Virus record (IMG/VR): IMGVR_UViG_3300045988_087221
DNA from: a virus
DNA: 64,000 nucleotides
Strand: one strand, 5' to 3'
The translations under genes were made by a program, and so were the position numbers. Under the pieces are notes generated by a model. It did no database searches and had not been told where the DNA came from. It saw nothing but the letters and a program-made list of their open reading frames with translations. Below, one piece after another: positions 9,490 through 19,725 of the stretch. Every line of letters starts with the position of its first letter. The first letter of the stretch is position 1.

Positions 9490-10292
9490 TATATATCTTC
9501 CTTTTTAGTGTTAAACACATGTTCAGTATGGGTAGAAGTAAATCCTGGATTATATTGTAATTTCTGAATACCAAGTATCTTATTATACATTACATTAGGA
9601 AAAGAATCCAACATCGAGTTCTGTTGCCTTACTGTTTCCATGCATGCTTCTTCTAACTTGTAATACTCTTCTCGTTGTCCATTTACAAATCCAGATAAGT
9701 CACCATAAAATTTAGTAAATTCAGAATAAGGAATATTTTGATTCTCTTGGAGCCATTTCCAAGTAACTTGCGCTCCATCATGTCTCCCCTCCATAATCAT
9801 ATTAGTGACTTCCAAGAAAGTATTCTTATTTAATTCACAAATTTCATACTTCTGAAGATACACTTTCCATAATTTATCGAAGAACATTTTACGGGCATAC
9901 TGTTGCTTGTCTAACTGATTAGTATATTCAATATTCTTATTATACAATTTTATTATAGCGCCAATAGGACTTATAAACCAACACAATATAATAATTCCGG
10001 GAATTATAATCCACTTTTTCTTAATATTTATATTTGAATAGTCTTCTGTTTTATCATTAAATGCACATATAGCAGTAATGGCAGTGACAAAAGTCGCAAT
10101 AAATAAAACCCATTGAATGACACAATGACAAAAACCCATCCTTATAGCATTAGGGGAACCCTCTAAAGTTAGAAATCCCTTGTCACTAATCATATCATCA
10201 AATATCTGAGTATTCCATAAAAGTAAGAACAGAATGGCACATATAATAGATGCACCTAAAAATAATAAACCATGCTTAATATTATTTTTCAT
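9489..10292 (-). CDS. multi-pass membrane protein (hypothetical)
   Basis: 267 aa with about 4 hydrophobic helices in the N-terminal half. Confidence 0.55.
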   Translation of the reverse strand: MKNNIKHGLLFLGASIICAILFLLLWNTQIFDDMISDKGFLTLEGSPNAIRMGFCHCVIQWVLFIATFVTAITAICAFNDKTEDYSNINIKKKWIIIPGIIILCWFISPIGAIIKLYNKNIEYTNQLDKQQYARKMFFDKLWKVYLQKYEICELNKNTFLEVTNMIMEGRHDGAQVTWKWLQENQNIPYSEFTKFYGDLSGFVNGQREEYYKLEEACMETVRQQNSMLDSFPNVMYNKILGIQKLQYNPGFTSTHTEHVFNTKKEDI

Positions 10293-10623
10293 ATTATTTA
10301 ATTAAAAATTTATTAAATTTATCATGAAGAGGCTGAAATTCTTTTCTAAGTTCTACTAGTTCTCCCATTTCTTCTATAGAACTAACATCACTTAGTTTAA
10401 TGTTATTAATTATATTCAAAGCATCTCTAAGACGACATTGAATACCTTTTATTGGAGTGTCATTTACCATAATTAAGATTCTATAAAGACTATTATAATT
10501 AAAAAGATAAGTGCAATAAGTGCTGTCGTTTTACAAAACTCAATGAGTTCCATATTCTGTACAGCAAGCACACTTTCTATTATACCAAATAGCAATAAAC
10601 TACCGCTAATTATTATAAGTTTT

Positions 10624-10935
10624 TTAATCATCACCTAATAAACCTAATTCCTCCAATGTAGAAGTGTCATCAATATCTACATGTAATGGATAATCCTTAT
10701 CCTTAATATCTCTATTAAACTCCATACGAGTTGCCCCATAATAAGCATCTAAATAAGCTTTTCGTAAAAGTCCTAAAAATAGACTAGTGGATAAAGTAAT
10801 AGTACCATTAACTTCTTCTAATCCCTCTAAATATTTACGACACCATTCATATGATGCGACTTTAGATAAGGGCTGTGAAGTACACATAGCAAAACCATCA
10901 AAATCAGGACATTTTGGACAATATAATTTAGCCAT
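10624..10935 (-). CDS. hypothetical protein
   Basis: 103-aa ORF. Confidence 0.5.
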   Translation of the reverse strand: MAKLYCPKCPDFDGFAMCTSQPLSKVASYEWCRKYLEGLEEVNGTITLSTSLFLGLLRKAYLDAYYGATRMEFNRDIKDKDYPLHVDIDDTSTLEELGLLGDD

Positions 10936-10942
10936 AATTAAT

Positions 10943-11326
10943 CTACTTAAGAATTTTAATTTTTACATGTCTTATACTAATTCTCTTAGAGTTTTTGGGG
11001 TGTATTAATATATCAATACGATGTTTATGTCTTTTGTTCATAACATCCCTAACTTCATATATTCCAAATCCTTCTATAAACACTTTTTTAGGTTTATTCT
11101 TTGGAAATAAATAAAGTAAATCACGAGATATAGCACACCATTTAATACTGCCCCTTTTTAAATGACGCAAGTTAATTTTAGAACCATCAGCTGTAACTAA
11201 TGGTTTACTGTCACACTGACTCTTTACTGGTTGATAACAAGTAAGAGTTACATGAGTAGTTGTTTGGCAGAAAGCCTTACTCATGAAGCTTAATAATAAT
11301 AAAAATATTAATATCTGTTTCCTCAT
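10943..11326 (-). CDS. secreted 3D-domain (MltA/RlpA-like) cell-wall protein
   Basis: Signal peptide MRKQILIFLLLLSF. TADGSKI..AISRDLL..IEGFGIYEVRDVMNKRHKHRIDIL resembles the 3D domain. Ends in TAG. Confidence 0.55.
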   Translation of the reverse strand: MRKQILIFLLLLSFMSKAFCQTTTHVTLTCYQPVKSQCDSKPLVTADGSKINLRHLKRGSIKWCAISRDLLYLFPKNKPKKVFIEGFGIYEVRDVMNKRHKHRIDILIHPKNSKRISIRHVKIKILK

Positions 11327-12475
11327 TTAATATATCTGATTAAGCTTACCTGAAGCACTTGAAGTGTATCCAGATTTAATTATATAAATATTAAAATTAC
11401 ATAAACTGGTTACAACGTAACGCTTTTGAGGGTCTATGTAGAATATAGTACGATCGTCAAACTCTTCTCCTATTTTGAGATACTTTATCTCCTTATTAGA
11501 TATAATAGTATCTGTGCGCATATAAGTGCCCTCCAGGACTTTCTTAGCTTCCAATTCTCTCTCAGAATATTCTTTAATAGGCTTTCCTGCAGCTTGGCAC
11601 ACTATTTCTCGACTTTCGACTATCTTATCAAAGAGTTGTCCATCAATATGAGGACTATTCCTTAATAATCCATCTCTTAATTCTAGAGATTCTACAAAAT
11701 AGGTAAAATTAGAGAACTCAAGATTAAAGTCTCTACGGATTGCCTCAATTTTGTCTTTACCATGAATATTAACTTCCTGAGCAAGAGCTTTTACTAGATC
11801 AACAGTAATTATCTGCATCTGTCTAATTAAGTCTAGTACTGGCTCTATTGCATCTTTGTCAATTAAAATATCATTAAGTAATTCAAGTGTAGTTTCTTCA
11901 GGTAGATTACCAAAAGAACGTACATATCTAATACGTGATGGGCGACCTAACAAATTATTATTAATTTCCAACTCATTAGTGGTAAGTAGAAATATTTTAC
12001 GATATTGTGAATTGTGAACACCGTCCATAAAAGAGAGAACTGATGAAGATTCCCTAAATTCTTTTTCGTATTCATCAAAGAAGAAGATACAGTCAAAGTT
12101 AATTTGAGTAGCTAAGAATTTAAGCATATCATTTACTTCTTTACAGGATTTAACAATAATAACTGGAAGTCCGATACGATTACAAAGCTCTTCTGCAGTA
12201 ACTGTTTTACCTGTTCCCTTGATACCATTAAATAATACTCCTAAATTACCTGTAGTATTATTGTAAGTTTTTACAAAATGATCAATAAACTCACTATTAA
12301 TACCATACAATTTGTAATTAAATACAAAAGAATCTCCAAGTCTATTTAAATAATAACCTGTCATTGATTCTTTAACTTCATAAATTCCTTTAGGCAATCC
12401 TTCAGGATGTGCTTTTGTTGTGGCACTACCCTTCACAAAAGTATTACCATCTTGAATCCAAATGTTTTGTTCCAT
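11327..12475 (-). CDS. AAA+ ATPase
   Basis: Walker A GIKGTGKT, Walker B IFFFDEYE, sensor-1-like LLTTNE. Confidence 0.75.
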   Translation of the reverse strand: MEQNIWIQDGNTFVKGSATTKAHPEGLPKGIYEVKESMTGYYLNRLGDSFVFNYKLYGINSEFIDHFVKTYNNTTGNLGVLFNGIKGTGKTVTAEELCNRIGLPVIIVKSCKEVNDMLKFLATQINFDCIFFFDEYEKEFRESSSVLSFMDGVHNSQYRKIFLLTTNELEINNNLLGRPSRIRYVRSFGNLPEETTLELLNDILIDKDAIEPVLDLIRQMQIITVDLVKALAQEVNIHGKDKIEAIRRDFNLEFSNFTYFVESLELRDGLLRNSPHIDGQLFDKIVESREIVCQAAGKPIKEYSERELEAKKVLEGTYMRTDTIISNKEIKYLKIGEEFDDRTIFYIDPQKRYVVTSLCNFNIYIIKSGYTSSASGKLNQIY

Positions 12476-12493
12476 AATTAAATTATTTTATCT

Positions 12494-12886
12494 TTATAAT
12501 CTCATATCAGAGTTTAACTCTAAACCAAATAGAAAATGTTGAAGTTGATGGACATATCTAATCTTTTTGAAGCGATGCTTAGTCTTACCACGACAAAGTT
12601 CCCATACAGAAGGATAATCTTTATTTGGTTTAATGAAGTAATATACACCATCAAATCTTGCTCTCCACCATGTATATCTCTTAGACTTTAACCTTTTCCA
12701 TTTGTTTTTGTCTAATATTTCTGGGGTAAGGGGGATTGGAACTATATCAGTACACTCAATATCTACATCATTATAATTTGCATCTAGAGCTTCATAGTAA
12801 TATTTACCACTGCTCATAATTGTATAATTATTGCAAAACTTTGGTATATAAACTAAATCTCCAGGAATATATTGAATTCGTTCCAT
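12494..12886 (-). CDS. hypothetical protein, paralog of 21902-22273
   Basis: Shares ..PGD.V....PLTPEILDKN.W......VHQLQHFLFGLELN with the other copy. Confidence 0.55.
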   Translation of the reverse strand: MERIQYIPGDLVYIPKFCNNYTIMSSGKYYYEALDANYNDVDIECTDIVPIPLTPEILDKNKWKRLKSKRYTWWRARFDGVYYFIKPNKDYPSVWELCRGKTKHRFKKIRYVHQLQHFLFGLELNSDMRL

Positions 12887-12888
12887 AA

Positions 12889-13476
12889 TTAAACTAGATT
12901 ATTCAACTTCTTATATTCTTCAAATACTTTATCTTCCGCTTCATCTCCCCACATAGTATATATTAGTACTCCATAAGGACAGTATTGAAATATTATAGGG
13001 TCTATTGGTTTAGAAGATATAATAGTTTTTATTTGAAGTTCAGACTCAGGACAAGCTATAAAGAAACAATTTTTATCTACACAAGTTCTCTTAAATATAA
13101 CACAATCTGCCCATTTTTGATCTTTGAAAAAATCTTTTATTTCCCATCCCATTTTTACATGAAAGATACTAAAGGTAGCATCCAAAGACTTCTGAATTAA
13201 TTTATTACTATAATCACTATAATTTTGTACACCAGTAACCCTCCAAATATCCTCATTTATGCGAAGTTCATAGTACTTATTACTTAATTTATACTTAATA
13301 CGTGCTAATTCTTCTAGATTAGCTGCAGGCACAACTCCAGTATAATTTTGTAGACGACCTATAGATAAATTATATTTATGACATAATTCATAGAAAGCTG
13401 AGGTACTAACTAATATTACTGAATCTCCTAAAAGTTCATTTATCACTTTTATATATTCCAGTAATTTTTTTTGCAT
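12889..13476 (-). CDS. hypothetical protein
   Basis: 195-aa ORF. Confidence 0.55.
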   Translation of the reverse strand: MQKKLLEYIKVINELLGDSVILVSTSAFYELCHKYNLSIGRLQNYTGVVPAANLEELARIKYKLSNKYYELRINEDIWRVTGVQNYSDYSNKLIQKSLDATFSIFHVKMGWEIKDFFKDQKWADCVIFKRTCVDKNCFFIACPESELQIKTIISSKPIDPIIFQYCPYGVLIYTMWGDEAEDKVFEEYKKLNNLV

Positions 13477-13768
13477 TTACAATAGCTTTATTATGATAAT
13501 TAATATTATCTAATTGTCTTTTAATAATTTTAGCATTAGCACTATTTTTCAATCCCAAATCAACCAGCTTATTATACTCACTGCTTAAATTATCTTCATC
13601 TAATGGAACTAATGAAGTATTCTTAGCAGCTCCAATTACTTCTATAGCTAAATTAGCTAAAGATTCTTTAATAGTTGGTTCTACTACAGGTTTTGTAGGA
13701 ACTTTTACAACTACGGGATTTTCCTCCTCTTTTGAATTTAGCTCAAATAAATTACTTAATATACCCAT
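13436..13768 (-). CDS. hypothetical protein
   Basis: 110-aa ORF. Confidence 0.5.
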   Translation of the reverse strand: MGILSNLFELNSKEEENPVVVKVPTKPVVEPTIKESLANLAIEVIGAAKNTSLVPLDEDNLSSEYNKLVDLGLKNSANAKIIKRQLDNINYHNKAIVNAKKITGIYKSDK

Positions 13769-13777
13769 TATTTAAAA

Positions 13778-14011
13778 TTATTTAATTGTTTCACCTACTC
13801 TGTAATCATCCCCATCGCACACACGAATAGTTTTAATCTCATATCGATTAGTTTTCTTATTATACATTCGTATTTTGAAAGCATAATACTCTAAGCATAT
13901 TGTTTTTGATATTATTACCCCTCCCTTATAATTCAATATAGAATCCTTACATTGAATTGAAGGACCACACGATACCAATAAAGATAAAATTACTAATACT
14001 ATTACTTTCAT
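13778..14011 (-). CDS. small lipoprotein (hypothetical)
   Basis: Signal peptide with lipobox LLVSC. Confidence 0.55.
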   Translation of the reverse strand: MKVIVLVILSLLVSCGPSIQCKDSILNYKGGVIISKTICLEYYAFKIRMYNKKTNRYEIKTIRVCDGDDYRVGETIK

Positions 14012-14097
14012 AATAATTTAAATACAAAAATCCCTGAACTATATAGGTAGCCCAGGGATTAAAATAACGTTAAATAATAAAAACAGTTCTATGAACC

Positions 14098-14433
14098 GGT
14101 GGAGCATTGGAGAGTCGAACTCCAGTCACTCCGATTTGCATCAAAACATTCTTACAGCATAGGTTTTAAAGACTATCCTTGTCTGCTAGGGTTGACAAGA
14201 TTAACATATTGTCAACTTCCACCACTCTGTTCCTAAAGTATACAGAGAACTTACAAAAGAAATGGAAAATAGTGCACCTTTCTGTTCCTAAGCAAGTGCT
14301 GCTCGGCTTCTCAGGCTGCGATAGCGTAAGAAGCGGAAGTGTTATTTACTTCGCCAATTAATTTTTTACTTGTCTATCCAAGTTGTCTTGCTGTGTTCCT
14401 TATCTCCTCGAAGTTCAAAACCACGAATGCCCC
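14098..14433 (-). ncRNA. ssrA: tmRNA (complete, phage-encoded)
   Basis: The 5' GGGGCAT pairs with the 3' ATGCTCC-A-CC, giving G3:U70. T-arm GGAGTTCGACTCTCC. Internal tag frame 14311-14355 reads GGC GAA GTA AAT AAC ACT TCC GCT TCT TAC GCT ATC GCA GCC TGA = GEVNNTSASYAIAA*. Confidence 0.85.
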
Positions 14434-14752
14434 ATTTAAAAGAGTCCTAATAGAACTCTTTAATATCTTCTGATTCTTCTACTATATGGAGAACCCATAT
14501 CATACCAATCATCTGGATCTATTCTATCTTCGTCACCCATAATCTAAAAATTAATTAATGTTAAAAACTATATGTTAATCTGTTTCTTTTCGGAATCATC
14601 TTCTAAATAATATAATTCTGTTTATTATACGGAAAGCCCTTTTAACTGCAGGTATTTTGGAATCATCTGGATGTAAATGATAATTCCTAATAACTACATT
14701 AGCCTCATGTAGTTTCTTGATTTCTCTTAAACTATACATAAATATGACTTTA

Positions 14753-15358
14753 TTATTCTTTATTAATCATACATTGTCTTAATATAGTTTCATTAATTAT
14801 ATTATCATTTTCTCTTGCGAGTTTATCTAACAACTCTAGATTAAATTCTTCCTTTTGAAACTTAAATTGAATCCAATTAGGTTCAAATTCTCTGTAATCT
14901 AGATGAGACAAAGGTTTATCTGTATTTAATACATATTTAACTAATCTAGTTAAACGTTCTCCAGCTAGTTTAGATACTACAAAACCAGATAAATCATAAC
15001 CTATACCTCTACTTCTCCAATATTCACCTATTTCAGGCTTAGAGTCTGGAGCAACATAGAACATTTTATAATAGTCTGAAGAACCTAAAGTTACATAAGT
15101 ACCTAACTGACCACTACATATAGATAATCCTACATAGGAATATAAAGTATCATTATGATCTAGTGTAAGAAATACTGGGACTTTATCAGGATCCAAATTA
15201 TTAATCTCACAATGATGCAGTGCAGTATGCACATACTCAAGTAATTTAGATACTGATATAGTACTTAGTTTGGTATCTTCTTCACCTTTGTTCTCTTTAA
15301 TGGCAGCATCAGAACATCTAGTGTGCCAATTTTTCCATTTATCTCCTTCTAAATACAT
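14753..15358 (-). CDS. hypothetical protein
   Basis: 201-aa ORF. Confidence 0.55.
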   Translation of the reverse strand: MYLEGDKWKNWHTRCSDAAIKENKGEEDTKLSTISVSKLLEYVHTALHHCEINNLDPDKVPVFLTLDHNDTLYSYVGLSICSGQLGTYVTLGSSDYYKMFYVAPDSKPEIGEYWRSRGIGYDLSGFVVSKLAGERLTRLVKYVLNTDKPLSHLDYREFEPNWIQFKFQKEEFNLELLDKLARENDNIINETILRQCMINKE

Positions 15359-15467
15359 AGTAATTAACTTATATAATACAATAAAAAAGTCATAGAAACA
15401 ATTAATATTCCTATTATAATAAAGAATAGAATTACAAATTGAATATCTGCATCCATATTATAGATAC

Positions 15468-15680
15468 TTAATCATCATAAGACAAACTATCCAAATACTG
15501 AGGAATAGTTACTTCCGTATTATTCTTCTCTTTTTCAAGTTGCTGAATAGCATTCGCCTGTCTAGTGACAGTTGCTTGTAACTCTTCAATTTCTATCTTT
15601 TGAGATGTGTTACTAACAGTTAAGCCTAGTACAGATATTACTAGACAAAACATTATTATTTTCCAAATTATATTATTCAT
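15468..15680 (-). CDS. small membrane-anchored protein (hypothetical)
   Basis: 70 aa with an N-terminal TM helix and a coiled-coil tail. Confidence 0.5.
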   Translation of the reverse strand: MNNIIWKIIMFCLVISVLGLTVSNTSQKIEIEELQATVTRQANAIQQLEKEKNNTEVTIPQYLDSLSYDD

Positions 15681-15684
15681 ATCT

Positions 15685-15924
15685 TTACCATATTATATAA
15701 AGTCCAGGGTCTCCATTAGCTAAATAAGATGTTTTAAATCCTAAACTATAAAAATAATCAAAATAAGCTTTTTCAGGCTTCATTTCTTTATGTATAAGGG
15801 TAATATTTGCACAGCGGTTACCCTTACTAGCTTCTGCAATTATAGCAGAGTTTACTCGGTCTAATATATGCTGGTCTAATACGACAGACCTAGATATAGC
15901 TTTTGCATCTTTTGCTTTAATCAT
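15685..15924 (-). CDS. hypothetical protein
   Basis: 79-aa ORF. Confidence 0.5.
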   Translation of the reverse strand: MIKAKDAKAISRSVVLDQHILDRVNSAIIAEASKGNRCANITLIHKEMKPEKAYFDYFYSLGFKTSYLANGDPGLYIIW

Positions 15925-16092
15925 TTATTATTTCTTTAAATTTATATAAATGTTTTAAATACTCTAAATCTGCGATTAATGAATTTCTTAATCCAGGAGA
16001 AGCCCACTCACAATATTTATCAACTATGTCAGCTGTAGATAAATGACCTTCTACTAAGTCATATATCATAAGTTTCGTACATTCTTCTACTG

Positions 16093-16497
16093 TCATAACT
16101 CTTTAACTTTTAAACTGGCGTCTTTAAACCATATATTAAGTCTATCTATGGCACTTTCCCACTCAGATTGAGAACAGATTTTATAATATTTTAAAAAGTC
16201 GATAGTATCTGCATTGAACTGGTATATACCCATACATTTACCACCAGGAGTGATTTTAGTCACAGTATATCCAGTACCATCATTGATAACTACTTTTAAA
16301 TAAGATGCGTTGTCTTTATAGTAAGGATGTTCTCTAAGAGCATGATTATTAACTTGTATCTTTTTAGCTCTTATATTACTTACTATTTCTCCTATAGTAT
16401 TCTCTATATTATCTCTCTGACTTAGAAACTTTATTTTTAGTTTCTCCAAGTCCTCAATGGACATTTCTGAATAATTGCTTATATTTTCTGTTTCCAT
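16093..16497 (-). CDS. hypothetical protein
   Basis: 134-aa ORF. Start lies in a TAGTTATG junction. Confidence 0.55.
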   Translation of the reverse strand: METENISNYSEMSIEDLEKLKIKFLSQRDNIENTIGEIVSNIRAKKIQVNNHALREHPYYKDNASYLKVVINDGTGYTVTKITPGGKCMGIYQFNADTIDFLKYYKICSQSEWESAIDRLNIWFKDASLKVKEL

Positions 16498-16499
16498 AA

Positions 16500-16796
16500 C
16501 TATAATTTTTTTAATATCTTTACATTTTTAATTAATGGCTCACCATCAGTACCAGTTTCATCTAACAAATCCCCTATTACTAGATATTTATTACCAGTAA
16601 AATGTCTTATATAATATATAAAATCATTAAATGCCATCTCATTTGTCGGAAATGGGAGAACGGGAGAGTATGTTCCATTTATGTTTTTATGAGCTTCATA
16701 AACCGAAACCCCAGGTTCTTCTCCAATTTTTTCGTCACCTCTCCAAATACATGATTTTTCATTTTTAGGAATTTCATTAAATCTATAAAATATCAT
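16500..16796 (-). CDS. hypothetical protein
   Basis: 98-aa ORF. Ends in TAG. Confidence 0.5.
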   Translation of the reverse strand: MIFYRFNEIPKNEKSCIWRGDEKIGEEPGVSVYEAHKNINGTYSPVLPFPTNEMAFNDFIYYIRHFTGNKYLVIGDLLDETGTDGEPLIKNVKILKKL

Positions 16797-17105
16797 TTTT
16801 TATAATATACATAATTATAGAAAAGATACTTACTGTAGCAGCTACTACACTAATAACTGCTATCAGAATCATTATAATTAATAAAGGAATACCCATAGCT
16901 ATTTTGTTTAATCTTATTTAAGTTCTACTGGCTCATCATTCCAAGATAATTCTCTTCCGATGAGTTTTTTGATACTGCCATTTGGAATACGAACTATTCC
17001 AAGATAACTCCACCAACAACCTATCTCAGTTCTGAAAGGTTCTTCTTCATAGATGTATTCGATACTATCTTTATCTACTGCTACCCATGCCATAACTATT
17101 TTTTA

Positions 17106-17564
17106 TTACAATTTACCAGTATCTATCCACTCTTTACTAAATATGATATTATCAGGAATTGGACCAGCTTCTAGAAACATATCTATCATCTCTAGTCCAG
17201 TATATCCATTAAGAGAAGTAGAATAAGTATTTCTATAAGCTATTTTAAACTGTTTATCAGAATATTGTTTAGCAGTTTCATAAAGCTTTTTAATAGACTT
17301 TATAATGTCTTCTTTTGAGATACTTCTTAGACCCCAATTTTCTTTCACTCGAAGATCTTTAGTAGGTAAAGCATAAGCATTACCTTGTAGACCTTCACCC
17401 TGACCATAAATAGCACCAAATTGATTTCTTGCTACTTTAGCTGCTCCTGCACCATGTCTTCCTTCAGGGTTACTACCAAATACAAATATAGTATTTGTCT
17501 CAGGAGTAATATTACCAATATAAAATTTTCTCATAACTATTTCTTCATTTTTGAATAAGGACAA
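17106..17564 (-). CDS. conserved phage protein, function unknown
   Basis: FVFGSNPEGRHGAGAAKVA...GNAYALPTKD motif. The true start is probably the internal MRKFY at 17534, which is preceded by AATAGTTATG. Confidence 0.55.
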   Translation of the reverse strand: MSLFKNEEIVMRKFYIGNITPETNTIFVFGSNPEGRHGAGAAKVARNQFGAIYGQGEGLQGNAYALPTKDLRVKENWGLRSISKEDIIKSIKKLYETAKQYSDKQFKIAYRNTYSTSLNGYTGLEMIDMFLEAGPIPDNIIFSKEWIDTGKL

Positions 17565-17634
17565 ACTACTACTTTTCGATAGTGTTCACACTTATCCTTG
17601 TAATTACAAATATCACAAAAACAATATGCCATAA

Positions 17635-17877
17635 CTATTCCTCCAACTTTGGACTCCAATATTTTGTCCCACAGTAATCTTCCCCACATAGCTCTCTATT
17701 GTTCTGATACTGACAATTAGAACAACTTCTCTCGCTTGGATTCCACAGCATGAAATAAATCGCATTACGAAAACCTTGGTCATATATCTCTTGTTCATAT
17801 GCGCTAAAATCTTCTATATAAGCTCCTTCTTCTTTTGCTTGTTGAATTATTTCATCTATTTTTTCATTAATTTCCAT
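17635..17877 (-). CDS. hypothetical Cys-rich protein
   Basis: 80 aa with CSNCQYQNNRELCGEDYCG. Ends in TAG. Confidence 0.5.
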   Translation of the reverse strand: MEINEKIDEIIQQAKEEGAYIEDFSAYEQEIYDQGFRNAIYFMLWNPSERSCSNCQYQNNRELCGEDYCGTKYWSPKLEE

Positions 17878-17879
17878 AA

Positions 17880-18290
17880 CTATTTCTCCACTTTTACACC
17901 GAATGGACTGTCATCAATAAAGGTGAAATCTTCGAATATATCCTTTAGAAAGAGTATTTCTGAGTTACACATACAGACAGAATTGTCTGAATTTATACTT
18001 CCAATAAAAGTTTTATTGCCGTCTCTATCTTTTACCCACCCAAATGGTTGATGCTTTTGCATTTCATTCCAGCATTCTTTTAGGTTTTCAAATGGATAAT
18101 ACTTTGGTTCTGGCTTGATGCGATATCTTTGTGGGGTAGCTATGAGAGTATCAAGAAACAAACCTTCTTCATTGCCATCTATATCTACCCAGCTATCACC
18201 ATTTACTCCAAATTGAATAGTTTTACCTTCTGCAAATGCTTTAAGAATAGGCATCAATTTATTAATATCTTTTTTATAAATTTTTTCCAT
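17880..18290 (-). CDS. hypothetical protein
   Basis: 136-aa ORF. Ends in TAG. Confidence 0.55.
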   Translation of the reverse strand: MEKIYKKDINKLMPILKAFAEGKTIQFGVNGDSWVDIDGNEEGLFLDTLIATPQRYRIKPEPKYYPFENLKECWNEMQKHQPFGWVKDRDGNKTFIGSINSDNSVCMCNSEILFLKDIFEDFTFIDDSPFGVKVEK

Positions 18291-18477
18291 ATTCTAACCT
18301 ATATAATTTTTTATTCTTCCGCACTTTCGGCATTCTTCAAAGTTGATTCTGCCGTATTCTTTATAGACATACTTATGACGACAAGTAACATTTTGCTGCC
18401 ACCATGTCTTTAAGAATAAAATTATATCTCCTATCATAATTAATTCTTCATCTCTTTTATTAATAAATTACTTTTTC

Positions 18478-18813
18478 CTAACTATTTAAATTGGTTTTAT
18501 AAAAGTCTGGAACTCTATTGACTTCCCACCAAAAACTTCCTTCGTCTCCCCAAGATACTATCCATACTGGTTCTTTAGTATCTTTATCTCGACAATATAC
18601 TATACCTTGAACCTCTTCTTGCATATCGAAAGGGCTGACTTCAAAGTCTAAATCCTCTAAAGTGGTATAGACTTTACAAGAAAACACATCTCTTTCTTCA
18701 CCATAGAATCTAGCAGCGGATTCTTCATCATTGCACAAGTCTATTTTAAGTATTTCTAGATTATTCTCTTCAACAACCTCTAGAATTGATTCTTTAACAT
18801 TCATTTTACCCAT
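18478..18813 (-). CDS. hypothetical protein
   Basis: 111-aa ORF. Ends in TAG. Confidence 0.5.
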   Translation of the reverse strand: MGKMNVKESILEVVEENNLEILKIDLCNDEESAARFYGEERDVFSCKVYTTLEDLDFEVSPFDMQEEVQGIVYCRDKDTKEPVWIVSWGDEGSFWWEVNRVPDFYKTNLNS

Positions 18814-19025
18814 TATTTATCCTTCTTGTTACAGTCCAAATATATCCTCATTATCAATGTCACATTCAATAAATGCATTATGTTTACTATCTACATTAAT
18901 TGCAATTAAATGCAAACAACCCAAACAATCATGGCAATCTTTTCTTGGTCTATCATTGTCTGGCACAAGTTCAAAAACATCTATATTCATATCTTTTTGA
19001 GTTTATTTAATAATTAATTTGTTAA

Positions 19026-19313
19026 TTAAGTATTCATAAAATCTTCTATTGGGTCTGATAAATATATCCATTCATCAGTTCCCTTTCTTCTGGCTTGAAA
19101 CTCCATAGGTGGAACATTTTCCCAATCATCAAAATTATACTTTTGGTGAGCATCAATCAGACATTCATATAAATCTTCACTGAAAGGTTTATCAAATATT
19201 GAACTTGGCTTATATTCTTTCGATGTAAATAATACATCTACCACATTATCTTTCTCATCCAATATAACTAATCTAAATTGGATTAAATCAATGCACTTAT
19301 TATACCATGTCAT
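19026..19313 (-). CDS. hypothetical protein
   Basis: 95-aa ORF. Confidence 0.5.
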   Translation of the reverse strand: MTWYNKCIDLIQFRLVILDEKDNVVDVLFTSKEYKPSSIFDKPFSEDLYECLIDAHQKYNFDDWENVPPMEFQARRKGTDEWIYLSDPIEDFMNT

Positions 19314-19358
19314 ATTTCCTCTTTCTACCCTCTCCCTTTCTCAGGAGAGGGTAATTTG

Positions 19359-19691
19359 CTAATCTGTTACAACTTCCCAATCTTCTGCAAACACATCGCT
19401 AGAAGAAGGAACCCATGAATCTGCTCTACCATCGAGATTGATAATTAACATTTGATTGGTATAGTCAATGTGAGGATTGTCACGAGACATCAAGATGTCC
19501 TTAGCAGATTGAGGAAGCGATTGCATCTTAGGAATGATATCACCTTCAATGTGTGAAGGAACCTGCTTAACGATAAACAATCCTTTACCATTCCAACCGC
19601 TACGACGGCAAGCTTTACCCTCTTTCAAAAACTGAATGGCATTTCCAAAATCAAAATGCCTATTTGCTAAATACTCATTATTTTCTGTCAT
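19359..19691 (-). CDS. DUF2829-like protein (Tad2-type candidate anti-Thoeris sponge)
   Basis: FDFGNAIQFLKEGKACRRSGWNGKGLFIV matches the DUF2829 N-terminal signature (..A...LK.GK...R.GWNGKG.F.). 110 aa. Ends in TAG. Confidence 0.6.
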   Translation of the reverse strand: MTENNEYLANRHFDFGNAIQFLKEGKACRRSGWNGKGLFIVKQVPSHIEGDIIPKMQSLPQSAKDILMSRDNPHIDYTNQMLIINLDGRADSWVPSSSDVFAEDWEVVTD

Positions 19692-19725
19692 ATTACAAAT
19701 TATTTTATATTCTCATAGGAGATGG

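Noticed and set aside
14179-14361. A 60-aa plus-strand ORF.
   Set aside because: It lies entirely antisense within the tmRNA gene and uses a TTG start.
14098-14433. The tmRNA could be a host ssrA fragment marking a prophage integration site.
   Set aside because: The gene is full length with paired 5' and 3' ends and its own tag frame. Phage-like ORFs on the same strand flank it on both sides, and there is no integrase or duplicated 3' segment nearby.
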